Positions 36,088 to 51,413 of a DNA stretch of 64,000 bases are shown one piece after another. The notes beneath the pieces are model-generated. The model was given only the letters and a program-made list of their open reading frames with translations, searched no databases and was not told the origin of the DNA. The translations under genes and the position numbers were made by a program. The stretch lies in contig OZ024740.1 of assembly GCA_964016885.1 (NCBI GenBank), positions 143,902,001-143,966,000 of the forward strand. The letters run 5' to 3'. Source of the stretch: Eledone cirrhosa (lineage: Eukaryota). Each line of letters opens with the position of its first letter. Position 1 is the stretch's first letter.

Positions 36088-38395
36088 ATTTCGTTTCTGA
36101 ATTTGTTTAGCAAGATTCTTTTTCTGAAAACCTGTGTTGAAACCGATGTTGTTATACTTTGGGAGGGTCATGTTGCCAATAAGAAACACACGCACCAGTT
36201 GCTTTCATTTCAATTTATTATAAATTAAATTTATAAATTTAGGAATTTATAAATTTCCGGTTGGTTGGTTCCACAACCAGACGATTGTTCATATATTGTC
36301 AAAGTTCTTTCGTCACACATTCTGTGACCTCTTCAATGACTGGGGATTCTTTTCTTTGTTTTTGTGCCTCTCCTTTGTTCTGTCCTACGCCATCTTGTTT
36401 TTGTGTGTGTTGTGTGCTTAGTTTGCGCTTGTGTTACATCCGGGTGTCTGTGTGTGTTTATATTTGTTTATTTATTTGTTTATTTACATGCTACTGGTTG
36501 GTTGTTTGTTCTATGTGTGTGTGTGTTTTCATTTTGTCCTTAATTGTAAGTTGTGATGTTGCTATTCCATTCATGCTTTCTATTTAATTTTGGTTGGAGT
36601 TCATTTATGTTTATTGCCTCTGTGATTTGTCTAAACATTACGTCTTTTCTGTGTGTAGATTCTATTTTTATTTCTATGTTCTTTAATTTACCCTTATGTT
36701 CTATTTTAGCATGTTGGTAGAGTACAGATGATTCTTTACTATCTTGAAGCTCTCGCCAGTGTTCATTTATCCGTTCTCCTATACTACGAGATGTCTCACC
36801 TATGTACTCTATATTCTTATCTCTACATTGTCCTTCAGTACATCTTATGCTATATACTACATTTCTAGTTTTACAGTTAATATGTGGGCTTAGTTTACAG
36901 ATTATACATTTCTTAACTATACAGGGAGGTCTTTGAAAAGGGTATGTATTGCTAATAAGTGTTTTTATGGACGTACCTGGTCTTTCTACTATCTTAATAT
37001 TGAGTTTATGTTTATCTAGGGCCCTTCTGAATTTGTAAGCTAATTCACCTCTAGGTGTTGTATTGATGAACATTACACTCTGGTATTTATTGCTATCATA
37101 CCATGAGTTTATTCTATTAACCTTATTCCTAGTTCTTTCCAAAATTTGCTCCTATACAAGGGGCAGGTCCCATTTGTATCATTATTTACCATTTTTTCCC
37201 ATTTGGTTCTGGCTCCTCTATATACTCTGATCTTATCTCTCTGGTTGTAACCAGAGAACTGCATACGGTGGATGAAGTGTTGTATGTGTCTCTCTAGTTC
37301 TTTGGGGTTGCACATGGGGGACACGTTTCTCATCACCCGTACCAAATCCGCAATCAGTATGTTGATTTTGGTGTAGTCCGAAACAGCTGAGTTTCGGTGG
37401 ATCAGATATTTGGAAGTCATGGGTTTGGCATAATGGGAATGGAGGATTTGTTTTTTTGTTATTGATAGTATCTAACCAGAGCTCTGTGTCTAGTACAGGT
37501 AATCGATGGTTGTGGTGTTTGCTTGGGTAGTCTATAGTAACTCTAATACTCTGGTGGATGGAGTTAGCTATTTGCTGGATGCTTTCCATGGTGTTTTTCT
37601 CTAATTCCTGACTGTTCTCTAGTGGGGGTGTTTTTACTGCGATGTTTATATCATCACCGTAGCGGGAGTACATTATCTGGGTTAAGAGGTTGCTGTCTTC
37701 TAATTGTTCTTTAAGTTTAAGTTTAAGTCTATTGTCCCACCATACCATGAATAGGTTAGCTATGTCACCTGCAATGCTTCAAGATAGTAAAGAATCACCT
37801 GCAAAGCTTCAAGATAGTAAAGAATCATCTGTACTCTACCAGCATGCTAAAATAGAACATAAGGGCAAATTAAAGAACATAGAAATAAAAATAGAATCTA
37901 CACACAGAAAAGACGCAATGTTTAGACAAATCACAGAGGCAATAAACATAAATGAACTCCAACCAAAATTAAATAGAAAGCATGAATGGAATAGCAACAT
38001 CACAACTTACAATTAAGGACAAAATAAAAACTCACACACACATAGAACGAAAAACCAACCAGTAACATGTAAATAAACAAATAAATAAACAAATATAAAC
38101 ACACACAGACACCCGGATGTAACACATGCGCAAACTAAGCACACAACACACAAAAACAAGATGGCATAGGACAGAACAAAGGAGAGGCACAAAAACAAAG
38201 AAAAGAATCCCCAGTCACTGAAGAGGTCACAGAATGTGTGACGAAAGAACTTTGACAATATATGAACAATCGTCTGGTTGTGGAACCAACCAACCAACCG
38301 GAAATTTATAAATTTAATTTATAATAAATTGAAGTGAAAGCAACTGGTGCGTGTGTTTCTTATTGGCAACATGACCCTCCCAGAGTATAACAATG
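36088..38395 (-). mobile_element. Naiad-like PLE family 2, inverted pair A (long arm 36088-37775 minus, short arm 37776-38395 plus)
   Basis: ORFs 37233-37748, 37109-37420 and 36540-37142 are homologous to family 1 (SRYGDD, VVYSIRC...YIGET). Hammerhead motifs lie at 36298-36340 (-) and 38214-38256 (+). Confidence 0.9.
38214..38256 (+). ncRNA. Minimal type-I hammerhead ribozyme motif of PLE family 2 (also 42475-42517 plus; mutated copies at 36298-36340 and 38607-38649 minus)
   Basis: GTCA-CTGAAGA-g-GTCACA-gaatg-TGTGAC-GAAA-gaac-TT-TGAC has a perfect 4-bp stem I and a 6-bp stem II. Confidence 0.8.
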
Positions 38396-38453
38396 TATAT
38401 ACATACATATATATATACATATATATATATACATACATATATATATATACATA

Positions 38454-41400
38454 TTGTTATGCTTTGGGAGGGTCATGTTGCCAATAAGAAACACACGCAC
38501 CAGTTGCTTTCACTCCAATTTATTATAAATTAAATTTATAAATTTAAGAATTTATAAATTTCCGGTTGGTTGGTTGGTTCCATAACTGGACGGTTGTTCA
38601 TATATTGTCAAACTTCTTTCGTCACACATTCTCTGACCTCTTCAGTGACTCGGGATTCTTTTCTTTGTTCTATCCTACGCCATCTTGTTTTTGTGTGTGT
38701 TGTGTGCTTAGTTTGCGCATGTGTTACATACGGGTGTCTGTGTGTGTTTTTATTTGTTTATTTATTTGTTTATTTACATGTTACTGGTTGGTTGTTTGTT
38801 CTATGTGTGTGTGTGTTTTCATTTTGTCCTTAATTGTAAGTTGTGATGTTGCTATTCCATTCATGTTTTCTATTTAATTTTGGTTGGAGTTCATTTATGT
38901 TTATTACCTCTGTATTTGTCTAAACATTACGTCTTTTCCGTGTGTAAATTGTATTTTTATTTCTATGTTCTCTAATTTGCCCTTATGTTCTATTTTAGCA
39001 TGTTGGTGGAGTATTGATGATTCTTTACTATCTTGAAGTTCTCGCCAGTGTTCATTTAACTGTTCTCTTATACTACGAGCTGTCTCACCTATGTACACTA
39101 TATTCTTATCTTTACATTGTCCTTCAGTACATCTTATGCTATCATCATCATCGTTTAACGTCCATATTCCACGCTTGCATGGGTTTGGACGGGGGTTTTC
39201 CCACTTGAGGCAAGAGTAGTTGTCTTGCTCGTATAGGACTGTCTGGCGGGTTTTCTACGGCTGGATGCCCTTCCTAACACCAACCACATTTACAGTGTGG
39301 AACTGGGAGGTTTTTACCGTGTTGCCTACACGGCCACATTACAGCGTAGACTGTGTGTTTTTGTCGTGACACCTACACGACCTCATTTGTTTCGGGCTGG
39401 ATGTTGTGACACCAACATAACTTTACATTTAAGGGGTGGTGTGGATGGGGGGGGGGGTAGTGGGACGGGGTGTATTTTGTTAGAGGTGCCTACTGACTGT
39501 AGTAGGTTTCACTTTGTACTTAGATAAGGCGGGTCTTCTCTATTACTGTGTAGCGCCAAAGCTCTCGGTCCAGTGACATTGCCTTGGAGAGGTGTAAGTG
39601 TGTGAGGTCGGAATTTATCAAGTCGTCCCAGGTTTTTCTGGGTCTGCCTACTCTGTGGCTACCGTCTATTTTTATTGCCCTGCACTTTTTTATACAGCTG
39701 TCGTCTTTCATGCGCATCACGTGACCATACCAACGTAGTCTTCTCTCGAGTAAACAACATCTGATCCCTCTTATTTCTAATTTCTCCCTTAGTACGTTTA
39801 TGCTTTGCCGTTCACGTATGTTACTATTACACATCCAGCGGAGCATGCAAGCTTCGTTCCTCTCCAGTCTGCGTATATCCTCTGCACACAATGTAACATT
39901 GCTGTTCGTATGCAGGCATCATACAGCCTGCCCTTCATTTTTAGAGAGAACCCTTTCGCGGCCAATAGTGGTATAAGCTCTCTGAATTTTTTCCATCCCG
40001 TTCTGACCCTAGCTACTGTACTTTCAGAGCACCCTCCCCCACTACTGATTTTATCACCCATATACTACATTTCTAGTTTTACAGTTAATATGGCGGCTTA
40101 GTTTATAGATTGTGCATTTCTTATATATATAGGGAGGTCTTTGAAAAGGGTATGTATTGCTAATAAGTGTTTTTATAGAGGTACCTGGTCTTTCTACTAT
40201 CTTAATATTAAGTTTATGTTTATCTAAAGCCCTTCTAAATTTGTAAGCTAATTCACCTCTAGGGGTTGTATTGATGAACATTACACTCTGGTATTTATTG
40301 CTATCATGCCATGAGTTCATTCTATTAACCTTATTCCTAGTTCTTTCCCAAATTTGCTCCTATACAAGGGGCAGGTCCCATTTGTATCATTATTTACCAT
40401 TTTTTCCCATTTGGTTCTGGCTCCTCTATATACTCTGATTTTATCTCTCTGATTGTAACCAGAGAACTGCATACGGTGGATGAAGTGTTGTATGTGTCTC
40501 TCTAGTTCTTTGGGGTTGCACATGGGGGACACGTTTCTCATCACCCGTACCAAATCCGCAATCAGTATGTTGATTTTGGTATGGTCCGAAACAGCTGAGT
40601 TTCGGTGGATCAGATATTTGGAAGTCATGGGTTTGGCATAATGGGAATGGAGGATTTGTTTTTTTGTTATTGATGGTTTCTAACCAGAGCTCTGTGTCTA
40701 GTACAGGTAAAAGATTGCTTGGGGTAGTCTATAGTAACTCTAAATCTCTGGTGGATGGAGTTAGCTATTTGCTAGATGCTTTCCATGGTGTTTTTCTCTA
40801 ATTCCTGACTGTTCTCTAGTGGGGGTGTTTTTACTACGATGTATATATCATCAACGTAGCGGGAGTACATTATCAGGGTTAAGAGGTTACTGTCTTCTAA
40901 TTGTTCTTTAAGTTTAAGTTTATTGTCCCACCATACTATGAATAGGTTAGCTATGTCACCTGCAATGCTAACACCAATGGCTGCTCCCTCCTCTTGGGCA
41001 TATGTTTTTCCATTAAATTTGAACATATGTTCCTTATGGGTTAATTTTATACTGGCCCCCACCGCATGTGCAATCATTTTCTTTAGTTCATCGTGGTTTT
41101 CGGGGGTCCGTATGGCTCTGGTCCACCCGTTCCATTTTTCTGTGTGGGTTTTCTTGGCCATTGAGGTAATGGTAGGTGGTCTGCCTCTTGCTGGTCTTGT
41201 AGGGCACAGGTTGCTAAGGTCATATGTATCTAGATAATCATTACTATAGGTAAGTTTAAGTAGGAGTCCCAGCTCACTGGAATCAATCCCACGGAATTCA
41301 ACATTGCTCTCACTGATCATTTCTACGCATTTCTCCACAGCAAAATCCACGTCAATGGATGGATATAGTGACACAACATCCATACTATCTATTATACAGT

Positions 41401-42697
41401 TTGTTAGGTCCCTAGATCGGTTATTTTCGCTGATTCTGCTGAGGAGGTCCTCCGTGCTGTCACATATATCTGGGGGACATTTCAATGATGGGGTATATGA
41501 TCAGGGAGAGGAAGTAGGAAAGTCTGTAGTTACTAGCAATGTTAGCTCCACAGACTGGCCGTGTTGGTGGTCCTGTGACAGCCCATACAACGCTGGCACG
41601 TCATTGTTCCAGGCCTGGAAGTTGTTGGCAGTCCTTTTATTGGGCTGCATTATGTTTGTCCACATCATCATATGGGCATTGAGGGTTTTTTCCCTATCCT
41701 CATGCTCTTGTGGTGTTACTTCTCTTGTGTTAGTGATGTGGGGTTGCATTGCCTGGATGTAGTTTGACAGACTGTCAACCGACATTCTGCCAGACTTGTC
41801 TGTTGGAAAGCCTGCAATCTCTGCATTACGCGAGTGCTGCATGAGCTTACGCAAGCCATTTACAGATTTTCCTCCCAGTTGCTGGGCCTCCATTCTATTT
41901 TGCTTCTTGCTATACTGTTCTATAATATTTCTAAGTTTAGATCTAGCTATACTAAATTGCGCTTCTGTTTGTTCATCGACCTGCGATGGCAATTGCATGC
42001 GTTTGTTAAAAGCTAAAGTCGTGGCGTGGACTCGTCGTAGGTTGAAGGACATATCAGTTAAATGAACACTGGCGAGAACTTCAAGATAAAAAAGAATCAT
42101 CAATACTCCACCAACATGCTAAAATAGAACATAAGGGCAAATTAGAGAACATAGAAATAAAAATAGAATCTACACAAAGAAAAGACGCAATGTTTAGACA
42201 AATCACAGAGGCAATAAACATAAATGAACTCCAACCAAAATTAAATAGAAAACATGAATGGAATAGCAACATCACAACTTACAATTAAGGACAAAATGAA
42301 AACACACACACACATAGAACAAAAAACCAACCAGTAACATGTAAATAAACAAATAAAAACACACACAGACACCCGGATGTAACACATGCGCAAACTAAGC
42401 ACACAACACACACAAAAACAAGATGGCGTAGGACAGAACAAAGGGGAAGCACAAAACAAAGAAAAGAATCCCCAGTCACTGAAGAGGTCACAGAATGTGT
42501 GACGAAAGAACTTTGACAATATATGAACAACCGTCTGGTTATGGAACCAACCAACCGGAAATTTATAATAAATTGGAGTGAAAGCAACTGGTGCGTGTGT
42601 TTCTTATTGGCAACATGACCCTCCCAAAGCATAACAATATCGGTTTCAACAGACGTTTTCAGATAAAGAATCTTGCTAAACAAATTCAGAAACGAAA
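38454..42697 (-). mobile_element. Naiad-like PLE family 2, inverted pair B (long arm 38454-42055 minus, short arm 42056-42697 plus), interrupted by an RTE
   Basis: ORFs 41501-42103, 40772-41485, 40317-40628 and 38904-39098 contain PTDKSGR, SMDVVSLYPSI, YSRYVDD and YIGETAR. Confidence 0.9.
39143..40060 (-). mobile_element. RTE 3' fragment inserted in the PLE GIY-YIG coding region
   Basis: Compared with the intact copy (gctatatactac at ~36849), the RTE sits inside a short TATATA site. Its (CAT)n tail is at 39143. Confidence 0.9.
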
Positions 42698-42889
42698 TAT
42701 ATATACATACATATACATATATACATACATATGTATATACATACATATATATATATATATACATGCATATACATATATACATACATATGTATATACATAC
42801 ATATATATATATATACATTCAAGGGATGACAATTTCTTTTCTTTTACAACCTTGCCACCAAGAAGGTGGCCGGTCAAAAAAATATACTC

Positions 42890-43922
42890 GAAGCCTTTTG
42901 CAGCTAGCAGTGGTAGTAGTTCCCTAAACTTCTTCCATCCCGTTCTTACCCTAGTTATTGTACTTTCTGAACACCCACCTCTGCTGCTAATTCGGTCACC
43001 TAGGTAGCAGAAGCTGTCTACTGTTTCTACAGAGCCCTCCCAGAGATTGGTGGTACTTGTTTCCTGAAGCTGTTTTCAGCTTGCTGTCCCAGCACAGCTG
43101 CTGCATGTGAAGCCTACATTCTTAATTAAGCTTCCTGAGATCCCGCTACATCTCTTGTGTACCCATTGTTTGCATTTGGGGCAGAGAATGGAGTTCCTAC
43201 CTACACCTTTCCTACATACTGAGCAAGGCCATTTCCCTGAGGGGATCTGGGTTCTGTTTTCTCGTCTACTTACAAGGACCTTAGTCTTTGTCATGTTGAC
43301 TTTGAGACCCTTTCTTTCTAGTCCCTGCTTCCAAGTTTGGAATTTCTTCTCTAGTTCTACCATAGATTCAGCTATAAGTGCAAGGTCATCAGCATACAGG
43401 AGTTCCCATGGTCATCTGGTCTTAAACTCCTCCGTTATTGCCTGCAGGACTATGATGAACAGGAGAGGGCTAAGAACAGAGCCCTGGTGGACCCCAACCT
43501 GTACGCTAAATTCCTCGCTATACTCATTGCTAATCCTAACTTTGCTGACTGCTCCCCTATACATGGCTTGTACCGCTTTCACAAGCCATTCATCTACTCC
43601 TAGTTTTCTAAGAGCCCACCAGATTACAGCACGTGGAACTCTGTCAAAGGCTTTCTCAAGATCGACGTATGCCAGGTAGAGTGGCTTACTTTTAGCTAGG
43701 TACTTTTCCTGTAATTGCCTGACAAGGAAGAGGGCATCAGTGGTGCCTCTTCCTGGTACAAACCCAAATTGCATCTCATCTAGTTTCACCCGGTCCCTAA
43801 TCAACTGTTCTATAACTCTTTCTGTTACTTTCATGACCTGGTCCATCAGCTTTATACCTCTATCGTTTCCTCTATCGAGTGCATCACCTTTACCTTTGTA
43901 GCAGTTGACAATGATGCTACTG
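42890..43922 (-). mobile_element. RTE LINE internal RT fragment
   Basis: QFGFVPGRGTTDA, DLEKAFDRV, QGSVLSP, YADD and the PHD-like finger. Confidence 0.9.
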
Positions 43923-44035
43923 CATACATATATATATATATAGATACATACATATATATATATATACATACATATATAAATACATACATATATATATATA
44001 TATACATACATATATATATAGATACATACATACAT

Positions 44036-44612
44036 AGTGGCTGCCAACTCGTATTTGAGTATGGCCACTACTTTATATCCATGTAGGAGAACCCCTACCG
44101 ATGCGCTGAACGAGTGTGACTTTTTAGTCCAGCCAGCGACTTGAAAACTCTGGTACAAACACTACACTTGTGACAATTATTGACACATAGTGCTGGGCCC
44201 ATGGTACCATGTGATGACAAGTGCAGAGAGATCTCCAGATATAAAGCAATGCATGTGCCGTGAAGCTTTTATAGTGAGCAAAGGCACTGCACAAAGCCAG
44301 TCCCACTCTCTTAACCAAGATGATATTTACCAAAAAGAAGAACAAGTCAACATCATTGGATACCATCAGGGTTGCAGGTGTTATATCAGAGTTTTCCTTC
44401 TAGAATTCTGCCTTGACAAAGGCTAAGGGGTCATCTCTCCCGGTGATTTTGGATGGCCATTGACTCTTAAGAGCTCCTTTGCCCTTTGACAGGTTTTGTT
44501 TTTAGTCCTGCAGGATGTCCAAAGTCACCCTCCTCACCAAGAAACCTTGGTGGGGTTGCCAGTTTAGTCGCCAACGACCCGACCATGAGACAGGTTGTAC
44601 TGGGATACATGT
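44036..44612 (-). mobile_element. Non-autonomous RTE-type derivative, copy 2
   Basis: Near identity with 35391-35942 and 63220-63820. Confidence 0.7.
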
Positions 44613-44652
44613 TATATATATATATACATATATACATACATACATATAATTT

Positions 44653-47600
44653 TGGCGGAAAATTCTAGGATTTATAAAATGGCATCCTTGCCCCTCCTAA
44701 TATTTACCCCCCCCCCCCCCCCATATCGTATAGCCTTCTGGTTCCCTGTCTCACCAAATATAAAATAAACCTGTTACGAGGTACGAATCTCAGAATTTGT
44801 CAACTCTTATTAATGGTCACACTGCTCGCTCTCCTGTGAAATGTAATGTAAAATGACACTTTTTCTTGTCTCTCCATCTTCCCGGTCCATTCATATATCC
44901 GTATCATCGCCCAGAATCCAATCCTTGCTCTTTCTCAATGCTATTCTATAATTCTGTCTGGTTGTTCTAAATAATCTTCTTGTATTTTAAAATCCCATTA
45001 TTCGCTTATTACTGTTATATGCTTGTCCAATTATGCCCAAAATTCGAGGATTTTATTTAAGCCCTCTCGCATACAACCCCATACCCCTCCCACCCGCCAC
45101 CATTATTATTTCGACCAATCATAAGTCAGCGGCCTATGCTATCACTTCTTCCGGTTGCCTTTCGATATGATGGATAGACTAAGGAATTCTGGAGAGTCTG
45201 AAAAATCTGGACACTCAGTGACAATGCCAAAGATAAAGACAAATTCACCTCATGCTGCCGGACGAAAAGGCAAGGACTCCACCTCTTTATTTCGGACGCG
45301 GATGGCCAACATAACCCCAACCCCAGCCCCCTCACCCTTCCGTTCCCACCCACCAAACACAATCCAAAACTTCAGAGTTGGTACCATGAATGTAGGCACC
45401 TTAAAAGGTCGCTCTAACGAGGTTGTAGAAATGCTTGAACGTAAGGAGATTGATGTTTGCTGTATCCAAAAGACCAGGTGGAGGGGCGGGTCTGCTAGAT
45501 TCATTGTGGGTAAAAAACGATGCTATAAGCTTTTCTGGGTGGGAAATGACAATGGGCTGTGTCGGGTAGGAATCATGTTAGCAGAAAAATGGGTAGATAA
45601 GATAATAGACGTAAATAGAGTGAACGACAGAATAATTAAAATAAGACTTGTCCTAAATAGAACTACTGTGACAGTAATATCTGCGTACGTACCCCAATCC
45701 GGACTGCATGGCGCTATAAAAGATAGATTCTATGAGACATTGATGCTCACTACCTCCCAAATAACCGACAGTGACTACATAATTATTGCTGGCGACCTAA
45801 ATGGTCACGTTGGACAACATTGTGATGGCTATGACGGAATCCATGGAGGCTATGGGTTTGGTACTAGAAATGAGGAAGGCTCCAGAATCCTGGGACGCAA
45901 ATAGCCTAACTATCTGTAACACTAACTTCAAAAAACGAGACAATCACTTGATCACCTATAGATCAGGGGAACACGCCAGTCAGATAGATTATATCCTTAG
46001 CAGAAGACGTGATAGAGTGTCTGCTGTAAACACTAAAAGCCTCCCCCATGAAGAATGCACCTCCCAACATAGACTCATAGTCAGGACAAGACGTACTCGA
46101 CAACAGAGGAGGACTATCCTCAGGAGAAAAATATGGAAGCTAAAGGACCCCACAGCCAGTAATAAATTTAAAAGCATATTACTTGATGCTTTTGACAGTA
46201 AGGAAGAGCAATTAGTCGTACAATATAGAGGAACAGTAGGGATTCCTGAAAGCTAACCTGCTGAAGGCGGCAGATGATGTCTGTGGCTGGAGCAGGCCTA
46301 TAGGCAGGAGGAGAGTAACGTGGTGGTGGAACAGTAAGGTGGAGGAGTCAATTAAGGCCAAAAAGCAGGCTTGGAAAGTATGGTGGGATGGGGGAAGTAG
46401 AGAAGACTATCAAGTGGCCAGGAGGGAAGCTAGGAGACAAGTGTACTTCGCAAGAAGGGAAGCAGAGGGTAGAAAGTTCAAGCATGTTCTACAACGCGAG
46501 GACCAAAAACGTGAGGTGTTCAGGAATGCTAGGCAATGTGTCAAGGAAAACCGTGATATTGTCGGGGAGAAGTGTGTCCTTAATGATGATGGTGTACTTG
46601 CCATCACTGACGCTGATAAAAAGGTAGCGTGGAAGTGTTACTACGAAAGGCTCCTAAATGAGGAGAATAAATGGGAGAAAGACAGTCCCCCCCACATCGA
46701 TCCAATAGAGGGACCAGCAGTGCTAGTTGAAGGTAGTATAATTAGTAAGGCAATCAAAGATATGAAGATGGGTAAGGCAGCTGGGCCTTCGGAAATAGTT
46801 GCTGAAATGCTGAAAGCATCTGGAACGGTGGGATACACCATGGTCACCCGGATAATAAACCAAGTCATACAGAATGGGGCTGTTCCGAAGGACTGGCGTA
46901 GCAGCATCATCATTAACTGCTACAAGGGTAAAGGGAATGCTCTAGATAGGGGAAACTAGAGGCATTAAATTAATCGACCAGGTCATGAAGGTCACAGAAA
47001 AAGTAATAGCGCAACTAATCAGAGAGCGAATTGATCTAGATGAAATGCAGTTCAGGTTTGTGTCAGGTAAAAGTACCACAGACACTCTTTTCATTATACA
47101 ACAACTACAAGAGACGTACCTAGCTAAAAGTAAACCCCTATACTTAGCTTTTGTTGACTTGGAGAAAGCCTTTGACAGAGTCCCCGCTCCATTATCTGGT
47201 GGGCTCTTAGAAAACTAGGTGTTGATGAATGGCTTGTGAGAGCTATACAAGCCAAGTATAAAGAAACAGTCAGCAAGGTTAGAATTAACAACGAATATAG
47301 TGAAGAGTTTAGTGTAAAAGTTGGTGTTCATTAGGGCTCCGTTCTTAGCCCCCTACTATTTATTATTGCCCTCCAGGCTATAACAGAGGAGTTCAAGACC
47401 GGCTGCCCATGGGAACTCCTATACGCAGATGAGCTAATGCTCATAGGTGAATCAATGGCCGAGCTAGAGAAGAAATTCCAAACATGGAAGCATGGCCTAG
47501 AATCAAAAGGCCTTAAAGTTAACTTGTCTAAGACTAAAGTTCTAGTTTGTAGGAAGGAAAATAGGGCCCCGGTCCCATCTGGGAAATGGCCATGCTCAGT

Positions 47601-48737
47601 GTGTAGGAAAGGAGTAGGCAGAAACTCCATTTTATGTCCCAAATGCAAAGTATGGGTGCATAAAAGATGTAGTGCGATCACAGGGAAGCTAACTAAGAAT
47701 ATAGATTTTATATGTGGCTGGTGCTCTGGTGCAATAAGAAGCAGCAAGTGCCCACAGAATACTAGCTCATTCCATTGCACAGATAGTTCTATAGAAATAG
47801 TGGACACCTTCCGTTACCTGGGTGACAAAATCAGCAGCGGTGGAGGGTGCTCTGAAAGTACAGTAGCTAGAGTCAGAACGGGATGGAAAAAGTTCAGAGA
47901 GCTTATACCACTATTGGCCGCTAAAGGGTTCTCTCTAAAAATGAAAGGCAGGCTGTATGATGCCTGCATACGAACAGCAATGTTACATGGCAGTGAGACC
48001 TGGGCATTGTGTGCAGAGGATATACGCAGACTGAAGAGGAACGAAGCTTGCATGCTCCGCTGGATGTGTAATAGTAATATACGTGAACGGCAAAGCATAA
48101 ACGAACTAAGGGAGAAATTAGGAATAAGAGGGATCAGATGTTGTTTACTTGAGAGAAGACTACGTTGGTATGATCACGTGATGCGCATTAAAGACAGCTG
48201 TATAAAAAAGTGCAGGGCGATAAAAATAGACGATAGCCACGGAGTAGGCAGACCCAGAAAAACCTGGGACTTGATAAATTCCGACCTCACACACTTACAC
48301 CTCTCCAAGACAATGTCACTGGACCGAGATCTTTGGCGCTACACTAATACAGAAGACCCGCCTTGCCTAAGTAGAAAGCGAAACCTACAGTCAGTAGGCA
48401 CCTCTAACAAAAATACACCACCGTCCCACTACCCCCACCCCTTTCAATATAAAGTTATGTTGGTACCACAACATCGTCCTAAATAAATGAGGTCGTGTAG
48501 GTGTCACAACAAAAAAACACAGTCCACGCTGTAATGTGGCCGTGTAGGTAACACGGTAAAAACCTCCCAGTCCACACTGTAAATGTGGTTGGTGTTAGGA
48601 AGGGCATCCAGCCGTAGAAAACCCGCCAGACAGTCCTATACGAGCAAGACAACCAATCTTGCCTCAAGTGGCAAAATTTCCCGTCCAAACCCATGCAAGC
48701 ATGGAAGATGGACGTTAAACGATGATGATGATGATGA
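44653..48737 (+). mobile_element. Near full-length RTE LINE (APE endonuclease, RT, PHD-like finger), pseudogenised
   Basis: The APE domain reads VGTMNVGTL, IQKTRW, SAYVP, GDLNGHVG, QIDYIL and SQHRL. The RT has DLEKAFD, YADE and FRYLG. A (GAT)n tail ends the element, several stops and frameshifts are present, and the 5' boundary is approximate. Confidence 0.92.
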
Positions 48738-48748
48738 TACATATATAT

Positions 48749-48827
<79 letters not shown>

Positions 48828-48829
48828 CA

Positions 48830-48863
<34 letters not shown>

Positions 48864-48935
48864 CATACATATATATATATATACATACATATATATATAC
48901 ATACATATATATATACATACATATATATATACATA

Positions 48936-48976
<41 letters not shown>

Positions 48977-49106
48977 ATATATACATACATACATATATAT
49001 ATATATACATACATATATATATATATACATACATATATATATACATACATATATATATATATATATATACATACATATATATATACATACATATATATAT
49101 ATATAC

Positions 49107-49793
49107 ATGTGTAACAGTAATATACGTGAACGGCAAAGCAGAAACGAACTAAGGAAAAAATTAGAGATAAGAGGGATCAGATGTTGTTTACTCAAGAGAA
49201 GGCTACGTTGGTATGGACACGTGATGCGCATGAAAGTCGATAGCTGTATAACAAAGTGCAGGGCAATAAAGATAGACGGTAGTCACGGAATAGGCAGACC
49301 TAGAAAAACCTGGGACAAGCTGATAAACTCCGACATCACACACTTACACCTCTCCAAGACAATGTCACTGGACCGAGACCTTTGGCAGTACTCAGTAACA
49401 GAGAAGACCCGCCTTACCTAAATATATATAGTAAAACCTACTCCAGCCAGTAGGCATCTCTAACAAAATACACCCCGTCCCACCACCACCACCCCGTTCT
49501 ATGTAAAGTTATGTTGGTGCCGCGCCATCCAGGCCGAAACAAATGAGATCGTGTAGGTGTCACGACAAAAAAACACACAGTCCACGCTGTAATGTGGCCG
49601 TGTAGGCAACACGGTAAAAACCTCCCAGACCCACACTGTAAATGTGGTTGGTGTTAGGAAGGGCATCCAACTGTAGAAAACCTGCCAGACAGTCCTATGC
49701 GAGCAAGACAATCACTCTTGCCTCAAGTGGGACTACCCCCGTCCAAACCCATGCAAGCGTGGAACACGGACGTTAAACGTTGATGATGATGAT
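49107..49793 (+). mobile_element. RTE 3' fragment
   Basis: ORF 49107-49421, the shared 3' UTR and a (GAT)n tail. Confidence 0.9.
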
Positions 49794-51413
<1,620 letters not shown>

